Source of the DNA: an uncultured Gemmatimonadaceae bacterium
Lineage (GTDB): Bacteria; Gemmatimonadota; Gemmatimonadetes; Gemmatimonadales; Gemmatimonadaceae
DNA length: 64,000 bases
Assembly: GCA_963790305.1 (NCBI GenBank)
Contig: CAWBOC010000010.1
Location: 224,001-288,000, forward strand
Direction of reading: 5' to 3'
This document shows positions 61,389-64,000 of this stretch, one piece after another (position 1 is the stretch's first letter; each line of letters begins with the position of its first letter). The translations under genes and the position numbers were made by a program. The notes beneath the pieces are model-generated. The model was not told where the DNA came from, did not search any database, and saw nothing but the letters and a program-made list of their open reading frames with translations.

Positions 61389-61466
61389 GTTGTCGAGGTC
61401 GTCGAGGTCGTCGAGGTGATCAAGGTGAAGTCCCCTCGATCACCTCGACCACCTCGACAGCCTCGC
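61388..61466. repeat. Palindrome with tandem 9-mer arms (GTCGAGGTC / ACCTCGAC) between convergent genes
   Basis: gttgtcgaggtcgtcgaggtcgtcgaggtgatc...gatcacctcgaccacctcgacagcctcg. Confidence 0.8.
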
Positions 61467-61472
61467 CCACCT

Positions 61473-62345
61473 CTAGACTCTACAGATTCTCACCGCCTCC
61501 TCGAGCGAGGCTCGGGGATCCCGCGTCGGGATGAACTCCTGCGCGACGTAGCCGGTGAAGCCGGTGGCCGCGATCGCGCGCATGATCGCCGGGTAATTCA
61601 GCTCCTGGGACGCGTCGATCTCGTGGCGTCCGGGGACGCCGGCGGTGTGATAGTGCCCGATGTACTGGTGGTTGTCCCGGATCGTGCGGATCACGTCGCC
61701 TTCCATGATCTGCATGTGGTAGATGTCGTAGAGCAGCTTGAACCGTTCCGACCCGAGCCGCTTCACGAGCGCGACGCCCCATGGCGTGCGATCACACTGG
61801 TAGTCGGGGTGGTCCACCTTCGAGTTGAGCAGCTCCATGCAGATCGTCACCCCATGTCGCTCCGCGGCAGGGAGGAGCGCCTCGAGCCCGCGCGCGCAGG
61901 TCGCGAGCCCTTCGTCGTCATCCTGACCATCGCGGTTTCCGGAGAAGCAGATGAGATTCGGAATCCGCGACGCGGCCGCGAGCGGAATCGCGCGCTCATA
62001 GGCCGGCACGAGCCACGCGTGATGCTCCACGCGATTGAATCCGCGAGTCAGCCGCGTGCGTGGCTCGGGCACGGGCGCGTATCCCATCGCGCAGCTCAGC
62101 CCGTGGCTGCGGGCGATCGGCCACTCGTCACGCTCGAGCAGCTCGACGGAGTCCATTTTCAGCTCGCGCGCCATGCGCGCCAGCTCGTCGACGGAGAGCT
62201 TTCCATAGGGCCACCGACAAACGGAATGCTTGAACGCCGCCGCTCGCGCGCCCGGGTCAGGAACGTCGGCGCGCACGGATCTCGCGCCCACGACGGCGGC
62301 GGCGCCAGCGCCAACTCCCGTTGCGAGGAACCGCCGCCGGTTCAT
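61473..62345 (-). CDS. Tat-exported hydroxypyruvate isomerase-like TIM-barrel protein
   Basis: MNRRRFL Tat motif; CMELLNSKVDH, KLLYDIYHMQIMEG, GHYHTAGVPGRHE. Confidence 0.88.
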   Translation of the reverse strand: MNRRRFLATGVGAGAAAVVGARSVRADVPDPGARAAAFKHSVCRWPYGKLSVDELARMARELKMDSVELLERDEWPIARSHGLSCAMGYAPVPEPRTRLTRGFNRVEHHAWLVPAYERAIPLAAASRIPNLICFSGNRDGQDDDEGLATCARGLEALLPAAERHGVTICMELLNSKVDHPDYQCDRTPWGVALVKRLGSERFKLLYDIYHMQIMEGDVIRTIRDNHQYIGHYHTAGVPGRHEIDASQELNYPAIMRAIAATGFTGYVAQEFIPTRDPRASLEEAVRICRV

Positions 62346-62355
62346 GATGGCCGGA

Positions 62356-63999
62356 TCACAGGTTACGCCGCTGCAGCTCGCGCACGGCGTGGTCGGCCGC
62401 GCGCGCGGTGAGCGCCATGTACGTGATCGACGGATTCTGGCAGGCCGAGCTCGTCATGCAGGCCCCATCGGTCACGTAGACGTTGGGCGCGTCGTGCACC
62501 TGGTTGTTGGCGTTGAGGGCGGAGGTCTTGGGGTCGCGCCCCATCCGCGCCGTCCCCATCTCGTGAATGCCGAGCCCGGGCTCGGCGCCGAGGCTGCCCG
62601 GCTGGTTCGCGTCCCAACTATTCACGTTTCGAACCCCCGCCGCTTCCAGCATCTCTCCCGCCTGATCCTTCATGTCCTGGCGCATCGCGATCTCGTTCGG
62701 CGTCCACTCGCAGCTGATCCGCAGGAGCGGGATCCCCCACTTGTCGGTCTGCTGGGGATCGAGCCAGACACGGTTTTCCTTGACCGGGAGTGCCTCGCCG
62801 AACGCCAGCATTCCTACGCCCCACGGCCCGGGCTCGTGCAGCTTCTTCTTCAGCTCGACGCCAATTCCCTCCTCGCCGATGCCACGTCCCCACCCGGCGC
62901 GACCCGCTCCGCCCTGATAGCCGTAGCCGCGAGAGAATTTCAGGCGATCCGACCTCGGACCGGCGAGGTTGCGGAAGCGCGGGATGTAGAAGCCATTGGG
63001 ACGATTGCCTTCGTAATACCGGTCGAGCAGTCCCGGCACTTCACCGCGTGCACCCACCATGAAGTGGTGGTCCATGAGATTCTGGCCCACGACCCCGCTC
63101 GAATTGCCGAGTCCGTTCGGAAACCTCGGCGACTTCGAATTGAGCAGCAATCGGGTCGTGCCGAGCGTCGAGGCGCAGAGGAAGATCACCTTCGCGAACA
63201 CCTCGTGCGTCTCACCGGTACTCGTATCGACGAAGCGCACGCCGGTCGCACGGTCCTGCGTCTCGTCGTAGATGACGCTGTGCGCGAGACTGTTCGCGCG
63301 AAGCGTGAGCTTCCCGGTCTTGCGCGCGGCAGGCAGCGTCGAGGACTGGCTCGAGAAGTAGGAGCCGGTGGAGCAACCGCGGTAGCAGGGCCCGCAGTAG
63401 TGGCAGGGCTGCCGGTCGCCGATGGCCTCGGTGAGCACGGCGCACCGACCGATCGTGACGTGGCGACCGGGAAACGCGCGCTCGATCCCCGCCTTCACGA
63501 ACTTCTCGCCGGCGTTGAGCTCCATCGGCTTCTGAAACTCGCCGTCCGGAAGGTAGGGGAGACCGAGCTTCTCCCCAGTGATCCCGGCGAAGCGCTCGAC
63601 GTAGCTGTACCACGGCTCGATGTCGCGGTAGCGAATCGGCCAGTCGACCCCGTAGCCGTCCTTCAGGTTCGCCTCGAAGTCGAGATCGCTCCAGCGATAG
63701 GTTTGGCGTCCCCAGATCAGCGAGCGTCCGCCGACCTGGTTCCCCTGAATCCAGGTGAAGGGCTTCTCCTCGATGTATGGGTGCTCGCTGTCCTTCTGGA
63801 AGAAATGCACGGCCGCTTCGACGAATTGGCCAGTTCGGGCCTGTATCTGGTAGTCCTTGGCGAGGGGGCTCTCCGGGGTGATCCGGCGCTGGCGCATCGG
63901 GAACTCGAAGTCCCGCTTGTGCTCGGTGATGTAGCCCTTCTGATGCTCGACGTCGCGCCCCCGCTCGAGCACGAGCGTGCGGAGCCCTTTCTCGCACAG
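62356..63999 (-). CDS. GMC-family FAD oxidoreductase (glycoside 3-dehydrogenase-like), 5' truncated by window
   Basis: LCEKGLRTLVLERG, VGGRSLIWGRQ, HEMGTARMG, NPSITYMALTARA. Confidence 0.92.
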   Translation of the reverse strand: MCEKGLRTLVLERGRDVEHQKGYITEHKRDFEFPMRQRRITPESPLAKDYQIQARTGQFVEAAVHFFQKDSEHPYIEEKPFTWIQGNQVGGRSLIWGRQTYRWSDLDFEANLKDGYGVDWPIRYRDIEPWYSYVERFAGITGEKLGLPYLPDGEFQKPMELNAGEKFVKAGIERAFPGRHVTIGRCAVLTEAIGDRQPCHYCGPCYRGCSTGSYFSSQSSTLPAARKTGKLTLRANSLAHSVIYDETQDRATGVRFVDTSTGETHEVFAKVIFLCASTLGTTRLLLNSKSPRFPNGLGNSSGVVGQNLMDHHFMVGARGEVPGLLDRYYEGNRPNGFYIPRFRNLAGPRSDRLKFSRGYGYQGGAGRAGWGRGIGEEGIGVELKKKLHEPGPWGVGMLAFGEALPVKENRVWLDPQQTDKWGIPLLRISCEWTPNEIAMRQDMKDQAGEMLEAAGVRNVNSWDANQPGSLGAEPGLGIHEMGTARMGRDPKTSALNANNQVHDAPNVYVTDGACMTSSACQNPSITYMALTARAADHAVRELQRRNL

Positions 64000-64000
64000 C

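Noticed and set aside
2572..61466. CRISPR array
   Set aside because: The repeats are tandem 7-10-mers or inverted arms with no regular repeat-spacer period, and no cas genes are present.
1..64000. Prophage, autonomous IS or rRNA genes
   Set aside because: No transposase, integrase, phage structural or rRNA signatures were recognised.

Overview
High-GC bacterial window (about two-thirds GC by eye). The gene content suggests Gemmatimonadota, but this is an inference. It is dominated by carbohydrate uptake: (1) the end of a SusC/SusD locus with two FG-GAP/ASPIC-UnbV lipoproteins, a PAP2/vanadium-haloperoxidase-family protein, a plug-only lipoprotein and a GH97; (2) a glucose-family PTS (EIIA-HPr-EI fusion plus IICB with an extra Cys-less IIB domain); (3) a minus-strand operon GH130 - GH5-like - GH130 - [catalytic-like domain::sugar-binding protein fusion] - ABC transporter - GH13; (4) an MFS transporter, a TonB-dependent receptor, a Tat-exported TIM-barrel protein and a GMC oxidoreductase. 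Signals not shown by the ORF track: an AhpD-like gene read through an in-frame TGA at a CxxC position with a SECIS-like hairpin (probable selenoprotein, 56205-56774); a degenerate tRNA-like element plus long hairpin upstream of a slipin gene; at least 25 copies of the heptamer GCCTAAC/GTTAGGC, many inside genes; and about a dozen intergenic palindromes with tandem 7-10-mer arms, including a dispersed MITE-like family. About 20 frameshifts, mostly in the first 13 kb, are probably sequencing indels. All calls come from reading motifs by eye; no database searches were run.
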